Source: Candidatus Pelearchaeum maunauluense (GTDB lineage Archaea; Thermoproteota; Nitrososphaeria_A; Caldarchaeales; Caldarchaeaceae). Taken from it: DNA of 64,000 nt. The position numbers and the translations under genes were made by a program. Where the stretch lies: the NCBI GenBank assembly GCA_030059675.1, contig JANVYQ010000007.1, positions 23,001 through 87,000 of the forward strand, written 5' to 3'. The notes under the pieces are model-generated. The model was given only the letters and a program-made list of their open reading frames with translations. It searched no databases and was not told the origin of the DNA. Shown here in pieces: positions 47,226 through 57,719 of this stretch. Each line of letters begins with the position of its first letter. The stretch's first letter is position 1.

Positions 47226-48935
47226 TTATGAGGGTTGAGCCACCATCTCGCGCACGCGGTCGCGGACAGCACGTCTAAGTATCTTACCGACGGCAGTCTT
47301 CGGAATCTCATCAACAAAAATCACACGGCCAGGCTGCTTATACTCCGCTAGCCTCTCCCTACAGTATTTCAGAATCTCCTCCTCGTTCGTCTTGTCTTTA
47401 AACTCATCCTTCAAGACAACAACAGCGATTATCTGCTCGCCTGTCCGTGGGTCTGGTACTCCAACTACTGCGGCCTCCTTCACCGCTGGATTACTGTAGA
47501 GAACATCCTCTATCTCGGCTGGAAATACCGAGAATCCCTTAAACTTGATGATGTCCTTCCTTCTATCTACGAAGTGGAAATACCCATCCTCATCCATTCT
47601 CACCATATCACCAGTCCTGAACCACCTCATTCCATGCGCTTCTAAGAAAACGTTGGAGTTATCCTCTTCGCGCATGTAGCCCTTCATAACCTGAGGCCCA
47701 GCTACGACCAGTTCCCCAACTTCTCCAGCAGGGAGGAACTCCATGCTCTCAGGGTCTATAACAGCAGCGTATGTGTTTGGGATTGGAACTCCGAAAGAGC
47801 CATAGCGTATGGCATCGGGTGGATTTACATGCGTTACGGGAGATGTTTCAGTTAGGCCATAGCCCTCACACACCTTCTTTCCAGTCACCCGTTCAAACTC
47901 CTTTGCAACCTCTACTGGGAGAGTGTCTGCTCCTGATATTACCAGCCTAAGCGCAGATAGGTCAAGCTCCTTTATCAACGGATGTTTGGATATGGCGTTA
48001 AACAGTGTGGGGACGCCTGGGAATATCGTAGCTCTATGACGCGCTATCGCCCTCATGAAAGGCTCCAGCTCCAGACGCGGGAAGATTAGCAGCGTGTTTC
48101 CATGCGTAAGCCCAACCCCCAACAACGCGGTCTGGCCATAAATATGGTAGAACGGCAGGAGAGCCACGAAGACCTCCTCACCATCCTTGATGTAGGTACT
48201 AAGCATTTCGTGTATCTGCGTTATATTAGCCACCACGTTACGGTGGGTGAGCATGACGCCCTTGGGAGTCCCAGTGGTTCCGCCAGTGAATTGTAGGCTA
48301 ACAAGGTCCTTCTCTGGGTCTAGCTCGGTTTTTGGTGCTTCTGGCCTACTGGCTTTGAGTAGCTCCATGAACGATTTTATACGCTCGTCGCGCGGAACCT
48401 CCGCTGTAGGTATTTTCTTCAGCAACCTACCAAGGCTTCTCTTCAATCCTGGGAGGAAATCCGCTATGTTGCTGATTATAACATGTCTTATCTGGGTGTT
48501 GTTAAGTATTGGGTGAACGTTCTTGTAGAGGATATCCAGCGTGAATATCACTTTTGCCTGGGTTTCCCTAGCTTGGTACTCAACTTCGCGCGGTGTGTAG
48601 AGCGGGTTCATAGGGGTTACTGTGGCTCCCGTCTTCAGAGACCCATAATAGGCTATTATGAACTGTATGCTGTTGGGTAAAAGTATGGCTACCCTATCTC
48701 CCTTCCCCACACCAAGGCCAGAAAGGGCAGCGGCCATCCTATCCACATATTCACGCAACTTTCCGTAGGTTATCTTCTCCTCCAGGAATATCGCGGCTGG
48801 CCTATTAGAGTACCGTTCTGCCGCCTCGTCAAAAAGCTCGAAAACAGCCTTATTTGGAATCTCTACGTCAGGCTTCACGCCTTTAGGATAGTTTTTGAGC
48901 CATACCCTATTGAGGATAAGCTCCGCCCCCTTCAA
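47226..48935 (-). CDS. fadD: long-chain fatty acid--CoA ligase
   Basis: QFTGGTTGTPKG, EGYGLTE, GPQVMKGY, TGD, DR.KD.I, PK..VGK.LRR. Confidence 0.93.
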   Translation of the reverse strand: MKGAELILNRVWLKNYPKGVKPDVEIPNKAVFELFDEAAERYSNRPAAIFLEEKITYGKLREYVDRMAAALSGLGVGKGDRVAILLPNSIQFIIAYYGSLKTGATVTPMNPLYTPREVEYQARETQAKVIFTLDILYKNVHPILNNTQIRHVIISNIADFLPGLKRSLGRLLKKIPTAEVPRDERIKSFMELLKASRPEAPKTELDPEKDLVSLQFTGGTTGTPKGVMLTHRNVVANITQIHEMLSTYIKDGEEVFVALLPFYHIYGQTALLGVGLTHGNTLLIFPRLELEPFMRAIARHRATIFPGVPTLFNAISKHPLIKELDLSALRLVISGADTLPVEVAKEFERVTGKKVCEGYGLTETSPVTHVNPPDAIRYGSFGVPIPNTYAAVIDPESMEFLPAGEVGELVVAGPQVMKGYMREEDNSNVFLEAHGMRWFRTGDMVRMDEDGYFHFVDRRKDIIKFKGFSVFPAEIEDVLYSNPAVKEAAVVGVPDPRTGEQIIAVVVLKDEFKDKTNEEEILKYCRERLAEYKQPGRVIFVDEIPKTAVGKILRRAVRDRVREMVAQPS

Positions 48936-49020
48936 TCCCGTTTAGTGAAAGTATCTAATAATTGATAAGGCTTAGAAAAAGTTTATCCCCTTGTTTGTAA
49001 GCCTTATAAAGTGAGACAGG

Positions 49021-49389
49021 TTGGTTACAATAACCTACAGCCCCATTAAGGAAGTCGTCATTATGGAGTACATCAAATATTCCTCGCCTGAAGAGCTTGT
49101 TAAGAATATGATTCTCTCACCTGGCCAGCCCGCTGTCCTCTACTGGGCCGAGGGCGTCGTGTTCTATCCCATACCGCTTGTTCCAAACAATGAGCGCATA
49201 GTTGATGAGCTTTTGAAGGGCCGTATCTTCTGGTCTGTTGTCTCATTCGCCGCCATGCCCAGTTACAGCACTATGATAGCAGCAGAGAGAGGGCCCGAGG
49301 CTCTAGTGATAAATGTGTCGCGAAGCCATGTTCTTAGCGAGGTGGCGCGTTGGCTCGGCGAACAGCTTGAGGAGAACAATCAACCCTAA
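49021..49389 (+). CDS. conserved archaeal hypothetical protein
   Basis: 122-aa ORF with TTG start, LYWAEGVVF motif; fills intergenic space. Confidence 0.7.
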   Translation: MVTITYSPIKEVVIMEYIKYSSPEELVKNMILSPGQPAVLYWAEGVVFYPIPLVPNNERIVDELLKGRIFWSVVSFAAMPSYSTMIAAERGPEALVINVSRSHVLSEVARWLGEQLEENNQP

Positions 49390-50167
49390 AATCCAGAGCC
49401 CAGTGAGCTAGACTAGGCGAGTAGCTCTTTACCTCGCGGTAACCGATGAGCTTGACACCATAGCCGAGCTGTTCGGCAACATTCTTAACACTCTCCCAAA
49501 GTTCAGCCCATCCCGTTTTCTTCCTAGCTAAATCATGCAAATGGATACAAGAGCCAACTCCTCTGGAAAGTCGAAGGGCTGTTGGAAGAAATCTTATTGT
49601 CCCTGGGAAGTAGCCCATGATAACCCTGTCCGCGCTTTCTTCCATCCCATACTTCAACGCATTTCGGCAGTCATCCATGAAAGCCCTTACAACGTGTTCA
49701 AGCTTGTTGAGCCTTATATTCTCCAGTAGGTAGCGGTATGCGTCTGGATTTATCTCAAAAGCATAAACGACGCTTGGTGAGGCCAGCTTAGCTATTGGTA
49801 TAGTGAATTGTCCTACACCAGCGAACATATCAGCTACAACTTCTCCAGCCTTGACAATACTGGCCATTCTACGCCGTTCATAGAGGTTTCCAAGACAGAA
49901 GAGGAGTGTGGCAACGTCCAGCTTGTAGATGCATCCATGCTCCTTATAGATGGTTTCTGTATTGTCTTCTCCTGCTATGATTTTGGTTCGTGTTGTTCTT
50001 GTCTGCCCATAGGCGCCGAATGTTCGGATGACTGTCCTAATACTAGGATTACGCCTAAGTATTTCTTCACCTATCTCCTTCTCATGCTCCTCAAGTTCGG
50101 CTGGTATTCTAACCACCGCCACATCGCCGATGAGCCTTGCCTTGGGTAGCTTAAGCAACCCCACCAC
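49334..50167 (-). CDS. Trm5/Taw2-family SAM-dependent tRNA modification transferase
   Basis: IGDVAV, TIYKEHGC.YKLD, GN..ER.RM, DMFAGVGQF, EINP.A..YL.EN, DRVIMG, VKSYSP. Confidence 0.9.
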   Translation of the reverse strand: MVGLLKLPKARLIGDVAVVRIPAELEEHEKEIGEEILRRNPSIRTVIRTFGAYGQTRTTRTKIIAGEDNTETIYKEHGCIYKLDVATLLFCLGNLYERRRMASIVKAGEVVADMFAGVGQFTIPIAKLASPSVVYAFEINPDAYRYLLENIRLNKLEHVVRAFMDDCRNALKYGMEESADRVIMGYFPGTIRFLPTALRLSRGVGSCIHLHDLARKKTGWAELWESVKNVAEQLGYGVKLIGYREVKSYSPSLAHWALDFRVDCSPQAVRRANAPPR

Positions 50168-50246
50168 CTACATAGAAGCGGAGCTGGTCTTAACGCTTTG
50201 GCGGGAACAAGTTTAATAGCCCCTCATACAAGCTGGAGCTAGCGCC

Positions 50247-50669
50247 ATGGGCGGACCTAAGAAACCAACCCTCAGCCAGCTAGCTAAGAGGGTTGAGAAG
50301 GGAAAGCAGCAAGAAAGACGTGAAGCAGGCCCTGAGAAGAGCATACTAGGCTTAAGCGTCCCCGACATGGATGAGGTCATCTCCTACGTTAAGAGCCAAA
50401 AATACGTAACTCCATACATGCTTGGGGAACGGTTTGGGTTTAGGTTATCGCTGGCAAAGGACCTTCTTGGAGAGCTTTCGGCTAAAGGCGTTATAAGGCT
50501 TGTTACAGGGGATAATCGTCTTAGGATATATGCGCCTGCGCAGGAGGTTGCTCCGTCGGCGGAGACTGTTGCTGTTGAGGCTGCGCCACAGCAACAGAAG
50601 AAGGGCGGTAAGAGGGGCCAGAGGAAGTCTAGGAAGGCAGCAGCTACCGCGGAAGAAAGCGCATCCTAG
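50247..50669 (+). CDS. rps25e: 30S ribosomal protein S25e
   Basis: MGG.KKPTLSQ, KYVTPY.L..RF..RLSLAK..L..L...G.I.LV, IY; long low-complexity tail. Confidence 0.88.
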   Translation: MGGPKKPTLSQLAKRVEKGKQQERREAGPEKSILGLSVPDMDEVISYVKSQKYVTPYMLGERFGFRLSLAKDLLGELSAKGVIRLVTGDNRLRIYAPAQEVAPSAETVAVEAAPQQQKKGGKRGQRKSRKAAATAEESAS

Positions 50670-51024
50670 CACCTTGCCTAGCCTGTTGGGGAAGCTCAAA
50701 GCCGCTTGTTAGACGGCCTACCTTAACCGTCTGAACCCGCGGGGTATGCTCTACAACTGCTATGCCAAGAACTCTTCCTGGGGGCCAGTAGAATATATCA
50801 CCCTTCTTCAGCTTCTGCACAGTCTTCTCAGCTCCGCGGGAGATTTCAGTAACTATATACACTGCGTTATCCCAGGATGCTAAGAACCCCTCGATAGGCA
50901 TTTTGCGAACTAGCTCATCAACGGTCATCGGGGCGAAGAATCTGATAAACTCGGCCTCAAGCTCACCTAAGCCTTCTATCAACACTATAACAGGTATTCT
51001 GGAGGTGCTCAATAGGCTACTCAC
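50644..51024 (-). CDS. cyclophilin-like fold protein (DUF369-like)
   Basis: AP.TV....PIEG, GAEK, GDIFYWPPG..L.I, VKVG. Confidence 0.8.
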   Translation of the reverse strand: MSSLLSTSRIPVIVLIEGLGELEAEFIRFFAPMTVDELVRKMPIEGFLASWDNAVYIVTEISRGAEKTVQKLKKGDIFYWPPGRVLGIAVVEHTPRVQTVKVGRLTSGFELPQQARQGARMRFLPR

Positions 51025-52262
51025 TCACCAAACATGCTCATCTTACCAAGATAGTTACATAGTATAGGCATTAAGTCTATTCCACGTATGCGCCCAAGAC
51101 CTCCACGCGCGCAGGAGATTTCGTCAAAACGCTCCACATAATCTCTCCTCACATCTGGCCCCGCTATGACAACCGGGACGGGGTCTCCCCTATGCTCCCC
51201 TATCTCTACGGGCGTTGAGTGGTCTGATGCTATAACGATGTATATGTTCTCGGTAGATGCGTATTCTACAACTTTGGAAAACGCTTCTGATGTGTTTCTA
51301 ATCATTCTTATCTTCTTTGCTGGGTCTTTATCATGGCTTGCCGAGTCTGTGCCTTTTACATGCACCAATACAAAATCATACGTCTTCAAGGCGTTGATTG
51401 CGGCCTCCATCTTGGCGTTAAGGTCTGTATTCACAGTGCCCGTTGCTCCTGGAACTTCTATAACGTCAAACCCAGCGGCTCTGCACACCCCCTTATAGAG
51501 CGCGCCCCCAGCTATTATAGCCCCCCTAAGTCCAAACTTCTCGTGAAATGGCTTGAGTTTTGGCGGGTGGCCCCCTCCTCGTGTTAGGAGAGCATTAGCT
51601 GGATTGAGACCTCTCGCAATCCTCTCCTGGTTTAAGGGATGATTGTTAAGCACCTCCCGCGCACGCTCAAGGAAAAGCTCAACTATACGCGCAGTTTTAC
51701 GAGCCTTAACCCCCCGCTCCAACGGCTTGGGAGGCTGATAATAAACACCAACAGCATGAGGGTCTACATCAGATACTTTATCCGATAACCCCTCACCCCT
51801 GAGAACAAGGACACCACGATGCTCTACCGTCGGTTTAAAGATTATTTCAACATCAGGAAATTCTTTGAGAGTTATACCTTCTATTGCTTTTCCCAACCTG
51901 GCCGCTTCTTCGGTTGATATTCTTCCTGCACGTCTATCTATTATCATTCCATCAGCATTTACTGTTGCGAAGTTGCAGCGGAATGCTACATCGTTCTCCT
52001 TTAACTGTATTCCCGCACCAAAGGCCTCAAAAGGCCCGCGGCCTGTATAGACCTCAAACGGGTTGTATCCCAGCAGGGCTAGATGACCAGTATCGCTTCC
52101 GTTGGGTAGGCCTGGGGATATTACGTCCATAATCCCGCATTCCCCCCTCTTGGCTAATTCGTTAAACGTCTCTGCCTGTGCGGCTTCAAGCGGGGTCTGG
52201 CCAGAGAGGGACGCGCAGCGCCTATCCCCGACCCCGTCCATAACGAGCATTACAGCCTTCAA
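51021..52262 (-). CDS. apgM: 2,3-bisphosphoglycerate-independent phosphoglycerate mutase (archaeal)
   Basis: MDGVGDR, TPLEAA, GSDTGHLALLGY, GRG.FEA, HVKGTD..SHD, SDHSTP, HRGDPVP. Confidence 0.96.
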   Translation of the reverse strand: MKAVMLVMDGVGDRRCASLSGQTPLEAAQAETFNELAKRGECGIMDVISPGLPNGSDTGHLALLGYNPFEVYTGRGPFEAFGAGIQLKENDVAFRCNFATVNADGMIIDRRAGRISTEEAARLGKAIEGITLKEFPDVEIIFKPTVEHRGVLVLRGEGLSDKVSDVDPHAVGVYYQPPKPLERGVKARKTARIVELFLERAREVLNNHPLNQERIARGLNPANALLTRGGGHPPKLKPFHEKFGLRGAIIAGGALYKGVCRAAGFDVIEVPGATGTVNTDLNAKMEAAINALKTYDFVLVHVKGTDSASHDKDPAKKIRMIRNTSEAFSKVVEYASTENIYIVIASDHSTPVEIGEHRGDPVPVVIAGPDVRRDYVERFDEISCARGGLGRIRGIDLMPILCNYLGKMSMFGE

Positions 52263-52345
52263 TCCCCGTCATCACCAGCCCTCTAAACTCCAAATATCTG
52301 TGTTTGGATGGTATCGCATGAATTTATATATGCCATCCACTACAT

Positions 52346-53374
52346 ATGGAAATGGAGTCTGTTAGAATGTCTTCAAAGGAGAAAGTTAAGGAAAAGCCCC
52401 AGCAAAAGGTGTATGAAGATATAGAGGACTTGCCTAGTGTAGGGGCTGCTACGGCTGAGAAGCTTCGTGAGATAGGTTTCCACACTGTTGAGGCTCTAGC
52501 CACGGCGGCGGTCTCCGAGCTTGTGGCGGCTGGGATAAGCGACAAACGTGCAGCTGAGATAATCGCGGCAGCACGCGAAGCGAGTGAGATTAGGTGGGTA
52601 ACAGCGAAACAGCTAGCTCAGTACAAGACCTCGATGGGAAAGATAACTACTGGGAGCAAGGCCATCGACAGCCTAATAAGCGGCGGTGTGGAGACGCAGG
52701 CGATAACAGAGTTTTTCGGCGAATTTGGCTCTGGAAAAAGCCAGCTATGCCACCAGTTAGCGGTGAATGTGCAGCTACCGCCTGAGCAGGGAGGTCTGGG
52801 CGCAAACGCTCTCTACATAGATACCGAGAACACATTCAGGATAGAACGCATAACCTCTATGGCAAAGCATCTAGGACTAGACCCCGACGAGGTTAGTGAA
52901 CGCATAATATATGCGGAAGCATACACCAGCGACCATCAGATACTCTTATTGGAGAAGGCTGATAAAGTGATAAAGGAGAACAACATACGCTTGATAATAA
53001 TCGATTCTCTAACCGCTCATTTTAGGAGTGAATACCTCGGCAGGCAGGTTCTGGCTGAGAGGCAGCAGAAGCTCAATAAGCACTTGCATAAGCTCATTAG
53101 GCTTGCACGGGCATTTAACGCGGCCGCGGTGGTGACTAACCAAGTCATGGCTAGGCCTGATGAGTTCTTCGCCCATAATGCGGTCTCACCAGTAGGCGGG
53201 CATATAGTAGGCCATACAAGCCATACCCGCATCTTAATACGTAAATCAGCGGGTAAAAACGTTAGAATTGCCAGGCTTGTGTCAAGTCCTCACCTACCAG
53301 AAGGGGAGGCCGTGTTCAAAATAACCGAGAATGGCGTAGAGGATGTAGAGGAGGGAGAGGTTAAGAGTAGGTGA
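52346..53374 (+). CDS. radA: DNA repair and recombination protein RadA
   Basis: N-terminal Hh[10 protein letters not shown] Walker [35 protein letters not shown]; no intein. Confidence 0.98.
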   Translation: MEMESVRMSSKEKVKEKPQQKVYEDIEDLPSVGAATAEKLREIGFHTVEALATAAVSELVAAGISDKRAAEIIAAAREASEIRWVTAKQLAQYKTSMGKITTGSKAIDSLISGGVETQAITEFFGEFGSGKSQLCHQLAVNVQLPPEQGGLGANALYIDTENTFRIERITSMAKHLGLDPDEVSERIIYAEAYTSDHQILLLEKADKVIKENNIRLIIIDSLTAHFRSEYLGRQVLAERQQKLNKHLHKLIRLARAFNAAAVVTNQVMARPDEFFAHNAVSPVGGHIVGHTSHTRILIRKSAGKNVRIARLVSSPHLPEGEAVFKITENGVEDVEEGEVKSR

Positions 53375-53381
53375 GAGAGCG

Positions 53382-53786
53382 GTGATACAGCCCAAAGATA
53401 CGCAAAAGTTCCTACACGCGTTATTCTCAGGCCATATAACGGAGTCGGAGAAGATACTGGAGGAACTTGCAAAGAAGTATAAGGAGCCTGAAGACGCCCA
53501 GTATCTACATGCTTTACAGGGCATCTTCTACTCGTATGTTAATGATGACTATGACTCTCTTATTTTCCGCATATTTACGCGGCGAGATATGCGTGAGTCG
53601 CGACGCGAGATACAGAAGTATCTTAAGAAGATGGCTTCCCGACCCGTCGTTGGAAATGACCCCTACTTCAGAGCATGGGCTGATGTTCTAGCATTACTGG
53701 ACAAGCTACCGAAGCCCCATAAGATAAAACCACCTGAAGAGAAAGAAAAAGTAATAGAAGAGCAGGAGGAAGAGGAAAACGCTTAG
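53382..53786 (+). CDS. hypothetical protein co-oriented with radA
   Basis: 134-aa helical ORF starting 7 nt after radA stop; acidic tail. Confidence 0.7.
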   Translation: MIQPKDTQKFLHALFSGHITESEKILEELAKKYKEPEDAQYLHALQGIFYSYVNDDYDSLIFRIFTRRDMRESRREIQKYLKKMASRPVVGNDPYFRAWADVLALLDKLPKPHKIKPPEEKEKVIEEQEEEENA

Positions 53787-53789
53787 CAC

Positions 53790-54071
53790 TTATGCTATAA
53801 TGTTGAAGAAGATAATCCATGATACCAGGAATATGCCTATGTAGGTTCCTAGTCCGTTTAGGTATATTTTCCTTTTTGATAAAGCCTGTATATCCTCTGT
53901 GAAGAGCTTGGGAAGCGCGGCGCTTAGGATAACGTATATTAAAGCTGCCGCCATTATAGCTATAACTGCCCCCTGGACTGTTTGGAGAGAGAGCGATATG
54001 TTGGCAGCCGCGAACCCCATAGCCAAAGCAGCTATAAACTTCACCCAGTACATAATATCCTCAGGCTTCAA
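53790..54071 (-). CDS. three-TM Rab5ip-family (OPTI/EMC6-like) membrane protein
   Basis: IMYWVKFIAALAMG...NGLGTYIGIFLVSWIIFFNI resembles the Rab5ip family pattern; start trimmed to TTG 54071 (or ATG 54053) to avoid overlap with rqcH. Confidence 0.65.
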   Translation of the reverse strand: MKPEDIMYWVKFIAALAMGFAAANISLSLQTVQGAVIAIMAAALIYVILSAALPKLFTEDIQALSKRKIYLNGLGTYIGIFLVSWIIFFNIIA

Positions 54072-54102
54072 CAAGCAACACCTAGGAGGCGGGATGTAGA
54101 GG

Positions 54103-56040
54103 TTGGACTTAAATGCTGCTGAGCTCAGCATCCTCGTAGAAGAGCTTAGGGGGAAGCTCTTAGGGACATTCATACGGAACGTCTATCAACTTGAGGATTC
54201 TTCCCTCATTCTTAAGCTGGTTGGAGAGGAGCATGTTTATGAGCTACGCATAGTCGCTGGGCGGTGCCTATTCTTGGTTGAGGGAAGCTATCCAAAGCCC
54301 AGCGCTCCCAGCAAGTTTGCATCACAGCTCAGGTATTACCTAGACAATAGGAAACTGATAGACATCAGACAAGAAGGCGCGGAGAGGATAGTATATCTTG
54401 ACATGGCTAAGAAGGAGTACATAGTCAGGCTTATCTGCGAGCTTATGCCTCCTGGAAACATAATCTTAACCGAAGACGGAAAAATACTGGCTTGCCTAAG
54501 CACTTTTAGCTCAAAGGCAAGACGTGTTGAGATTGGGTTAAACTACTCACCACCGCCTCCCCGATTCTCCTACCTCCCTGGCAAACTCCCAGATGATTTC
54601 TGGAATAAACTTAGGGAAGAATCCCCCGTGATTGCGGCATTATCACGCGACCTAGGCCTCGGAGGCAAATATGCAGAAGAAGTCCTCCATAGAGCTGGTG
54701 TGAGTAAGCAGAAGAAAATTAACGAACTCACAAGCGAGGATAAGGATAGTATAGCCAAGGCGCTCAAGGAAGTTGATTTGGAGTTTTCCAATCCTAAAGC
54801 AATTTTATACAGCATAGATGACGATATCATCTTTTCAGCTATTCGGCTACATAAAATTGAAAACACAAACGTTTCATCGAAATTCTCGTTATCGTTTAAT
54901 GAAGCTGTACGTCAAGCTTATGAGCATGAGGAACGTAAGAATACTATTGCTGGATTAATTAAACCACTAGAGGATAAGATGATTGAGATAGAACGGACAA
55001 TCGGTGAGAAGAACCATGTAATATCGCAGCTTGGTGAGAAGAGAATACTGTTGGAGAACCAGCTCTCGATTCTTTCCGCAAATTTACGGCAGTTGGAAGA
55101 GATAAGGAAAGGTAATACTGCTACGGTGTTGTCGGGTATTACTATGCTTGGATGTGAGAGGAATAAGATGATACTTGATGTTTCTGGCTCGCGGGTTGAA
55201 CTAAGGTTAGATACGTCAATAGGAAAGCAGCTCTCAAAGCTTTACGACGAGCTGAAATCTGTCAAGAATGCAGCTACTAGGCTGGTGGATGAGAAAGAAA
55301 AACTAGTGAAGGAACTAGATATTATCAAGAAGAAGATTGTAAATCTTAAGGCCTCAGCTTCTACAGAGGCAACGCTCAAGACTCAGGCCGTAATATCTGT
55401 GGGTCGTAAAAGATTCCGCGAATTCGTGACATCTGAGGGTTATCACGTGATAGCTGGAAAAGACGTATCTAGCAACTTGTATATACTCAAGAAAAGGCTT
55501 AAAGAGGGAGATTTGGTTTTTCACACAGAGATTAAGGGATCTCCCGCGGTTATTCTAAAACAGGGCATACATGCTGGAGAGGCAAGTTTGGAAGAGTCCG
55601 CTCAATTTACAGCCTGCTATAGCCGCGCATGGCGTGAGGGATTTAGCTCCACCTCAGTATATTATGTAAAACACTCCCAGATATCGTTCAGTCCTCCACC
55701 TGGCCAGTACCTACCACGTGGCTCGTTCATGGTGTATGGAGAGCGCCACTATCTCACCGCGGAACTAGCTCTTGCAGCCTCTCTGAAACACGAAGATGAG
55801 AATTTAGTAAAACCCATCGTAATACCCAAGAAGACTGCAGAAAGACAAAACCTCACATACATAGAGGTTAGACCTGGCAACATGAGGGCTGAAGAGGCTG
55901 CATCTAGGATAGTAAGCCTATTGAATCAACAGCTAAGGCTTGAATTGCCGAGAGACGCTATAATACAGCTTAGAAACGAGTTCGCTTCATTAATACCTTA
56001 CGGAAAATGCATACTCGCCCAGCATGGAAAACAACTTTAA
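54103..56040 (+). CDS. rqcH: NFACT family ribosome quality control protein RqcH
   Basis: LR.YL....L..I.Q...ERIV, ELM.PGNIIL, G..Y.PPP, GLGGKYAEE, AGKD..SN, H....GSP, YSRAW, G.YLP.GSFMV.G.R.Y. Confidence 0.92.
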   Translation: MDLNAAELSILVEELRGKLLGTFIRNVYQLEDSSLILKLVGEEHVYELRIVAGRCLFLVEGSYPKPSAPSKFASQLRYYLDNRKLIDIRQEGAERIVYLDMAKKEYIVRLICELMPPGNIILTEDGKILACLSTFSSKARRVEIGLNYSPPPPRFSYLPGKLPDDFWNKLREESPVIAALSRDLGLGGKYAEEVLHRAGVSKQKKINELTSEDKDSIAKALKEVDLEFSNPKAILYSIDDDIIFSAIRLHKIENTNVSSKFSLSFNEAVRQAYEHEERKNTIAGLIKPLEDKMIEIERTIGEKNHVISQLGEKRILLENQLSILSANLRQLEEIRKGNTATVLSGITMLGCERNKMILDVSGSRVELRLDTSIGKQLSKLYDELKSVKNAATRLVDEKEKLVKELDIIKKKIVNLKASASTEATLKTQAVISVGRKRFREFVTSEGYHVIAGKDVSSNLYILKKRLKEGDLVFHTEIKGSPAVILKQGIHAGEASLEESAQFTACYSRAWREGFSSTSVYYVKHSQISFSPPPGQYLPRGSFMVYGERHYLTAELALAASLKHEDENLVKPIVIPKKTAERQNLTYIEVRPGNMRAEEAASRIVSLLNQQLRLELPRDAIIQLRNEFASLIPYGKCILAQHGKQL

Positions 56041-56043
56041 TTA

Positions 56044-56661
56044 GTGATGGTTATCTTAAGTTGTGGTTCGGCGATGGTTAAGTCTACGATACTCGCTGAG
56101 GAGGTTCGGGTTAAGGATGTTATGTCCAGCCCAGTGATAGAGGCTGGCTATGATGAGAGTTTAGAGTCCATCGCCAAGAAGATGGAGAAATACCATATTG
56201 GGAGTGTTGTGGTAACGCGCGATGGGGAGCCTATAGGTATTATAACCAAGCGGGATATAATAGACAAGGTTGTTGCCCGCGACCTAAAGCCCAGCGAGGT
56301 CAAGGCTCATAAGATAATGAGCACACCTCTCCACACAGCCGACCCTGACCTCCTCGTTGACGAGGCTTTGAGAAAGATGAACCGACTGAAGGTCAGCCGC
56401 CTAGTTGTAGTGTATAAGGAGAAGGTAATGGGTATTATAAGCCTGAAAGATATACTACAAGTTACTCCAGAGATACTGGATATTGTCCGTGAAAAGCTCA
56501 GAATTGAGGGCGCACATCTACCGCGTTCAAGTGAAGGCCTCGTTGAAGGCTATTGTGATGCTTGCGGTGAGTGGTCGGATATGCTGGTGAGAATTGACGA
56601 CCAGCTACTTTGCGAGGAGTGCAGACTAGAGCTGGAAAAGGCAGAAGGCAGAAAACCATAG
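56044..56661 (+). CDS. CBS-domain protein with C-terminal zinc ribbon
   Basis: Two CBS repeats (VKDVMSSPV; GIIT.RDI) and CDACG...LCEEC. Confidence 0.93.
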   Translation: MMVILSCGSAMVKSTILAEEVRVKDVMSSPVIEAGYDESLESIAKKMEKYHIGSVVVTRDGEPIGIITKRDIIDKVVARDLKPSEVKAHKIMSTPLHTADPDLLVDEALRKMNRLKVSRLVVVYKEKVMGIISLKDILQVTPEILDIVREKLRIEGAHLPRSSEGLVEGYCDACGEWSDMLVRIDDQLLCEECRLELEKAEGRKP

Positions 56662-56670
56662 GCAAAGGGC

Positions 56671-57105
56671 TTGAAGCTCCTGCTAGACTCAATGCTGGGC
56701 AACCTCCTCACATGGCTAAGACTTCTCGGATATGACACGGAATATTGGAAAAATGGCGATGATGAGGCGCTCATACAGAAGGCTATACGCGAGCATCGTA
56801 TTATAATAACCCGCGACACCCAACTCCATGTAAAAGCTGTTCAAGCAGGATTGAGAAGTGTAATTATTGAGTCGCCTGATACCGTATCAGCACTTGTTCA
56901 GGTGGCTGAAAAGATAGGCATAGATGTTACGTTTAACCCATTAAATACCCGATGCCCCGACTGTAATACGCCGCTTAGTCTTATTGAGCAGGCACCTAAC
57001 CGCTGGCTATGCGGGGGCTGTGGCAAGGAATACTGGATAGGGAGGCACTGGAGGAATATAGGCAAGGTTCTTGAAGAAGTTTCTAGGAGGTTGAAGGGGG
57101 AATGA
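56671..57105 (+). CDS. Mut7-C RNase domain protein (DUF82)
   Basis: LLDSMLG.L..WLRLLGYDT, R.IITRD, RCPDCN..L, C..CGK.YW.G.HW. Confidence 0.93.
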   Translation: MKLLLDSMLGNLLTWLRLLGYDTEYWKNGDDEALIQKAIREHRIIITRDTQLHVKAVQAGLRSVIIESPDTVSALVQVAEKIGIDVTFNPLNTRCPDCNTPLSLIEQAPNRWLCGGCGKEYWIGRHWRNIGKVLEEVSRRLKGE

Positions 57106-57719
57106 GTCTAAGCGATAGAGTTGGCGCTCTACTTGTTAGGACGGCGCGCGAGGCTATAGAGCTCTTTCTGGAGAGAGGAGAGATTATGGATGCACAAAAT
57201 ACTGAGGATATTCTTTCCGAGAAGCGTGGCGTATTCGTAACTCTTAACACTTATCCAAACATGATGCTACGAGGCTGCATAGGATTCCCATACCCTATAA
57301 TGCCTTTAATGGAGGCGGTTATTAAGGCTGCAATATCAGCGGCGGTAAACGACCCACGTTTTCCACCCCTAACGCGAGGCGAGCTGGATAACGTGGTGGT
57401 TGAGGTCAGTGTATTAACGCCACCTGAGGAGATAGCAGTCTCAAAACCCTCTGAGCTGGCTAAAGAGATAGTCATAGGCCGTGATGGATTGATAATAGAG
57501 TCTAACGAGGGAAGCGGTCTTCTACTTCCACAAGTAGCTGTTGAGGAAGGCTGGGACGCCGAGGAGTTTCTAACTCATCTCTGCATTAAGGCTGGGCTTA
57601 GACCCACATATTGGCTTGAAGGACGCGCCACAATAAAGCGCTTCACGGCACAGATATTCGCGGAGAAGACGCCTAAAGGCGATGTTGTAGAAGTTCCCCT
57701 AGGTGCTGCCAGATGCTAA
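57102..57719 (+). CDS. AMMECR1 domain protein (TIGR00296)
   Basis: GVFVTL, LRGCIG, DPRF, EVSVLT.P, GRDGL, GLLLPQV, LC.KAG. Confidence 0.96.
   Translation: MSLSDRVGALLVRTAREAIELFLERGEIMDAQNTEDILSEKRGVFVTLNTYPNMMLRGCIGFPYPIMPLMEAVIKAAISAAVNDPRFPPLTRGELDNVVVEVSVLTPPEEIAVSKPSELAKEIVIGRDGLIIESNEGSGLLLPQVAVEEGWDAEEFLTHLCIKAGLRPTYWLEGRATIKRFTAQIFAEKTPKGDVVEVPLGAARC

Noticed and set aside
52346-53374. Intein in RadA
   Set aside because: The length (342 aa) and continuous motifs show no insertion.
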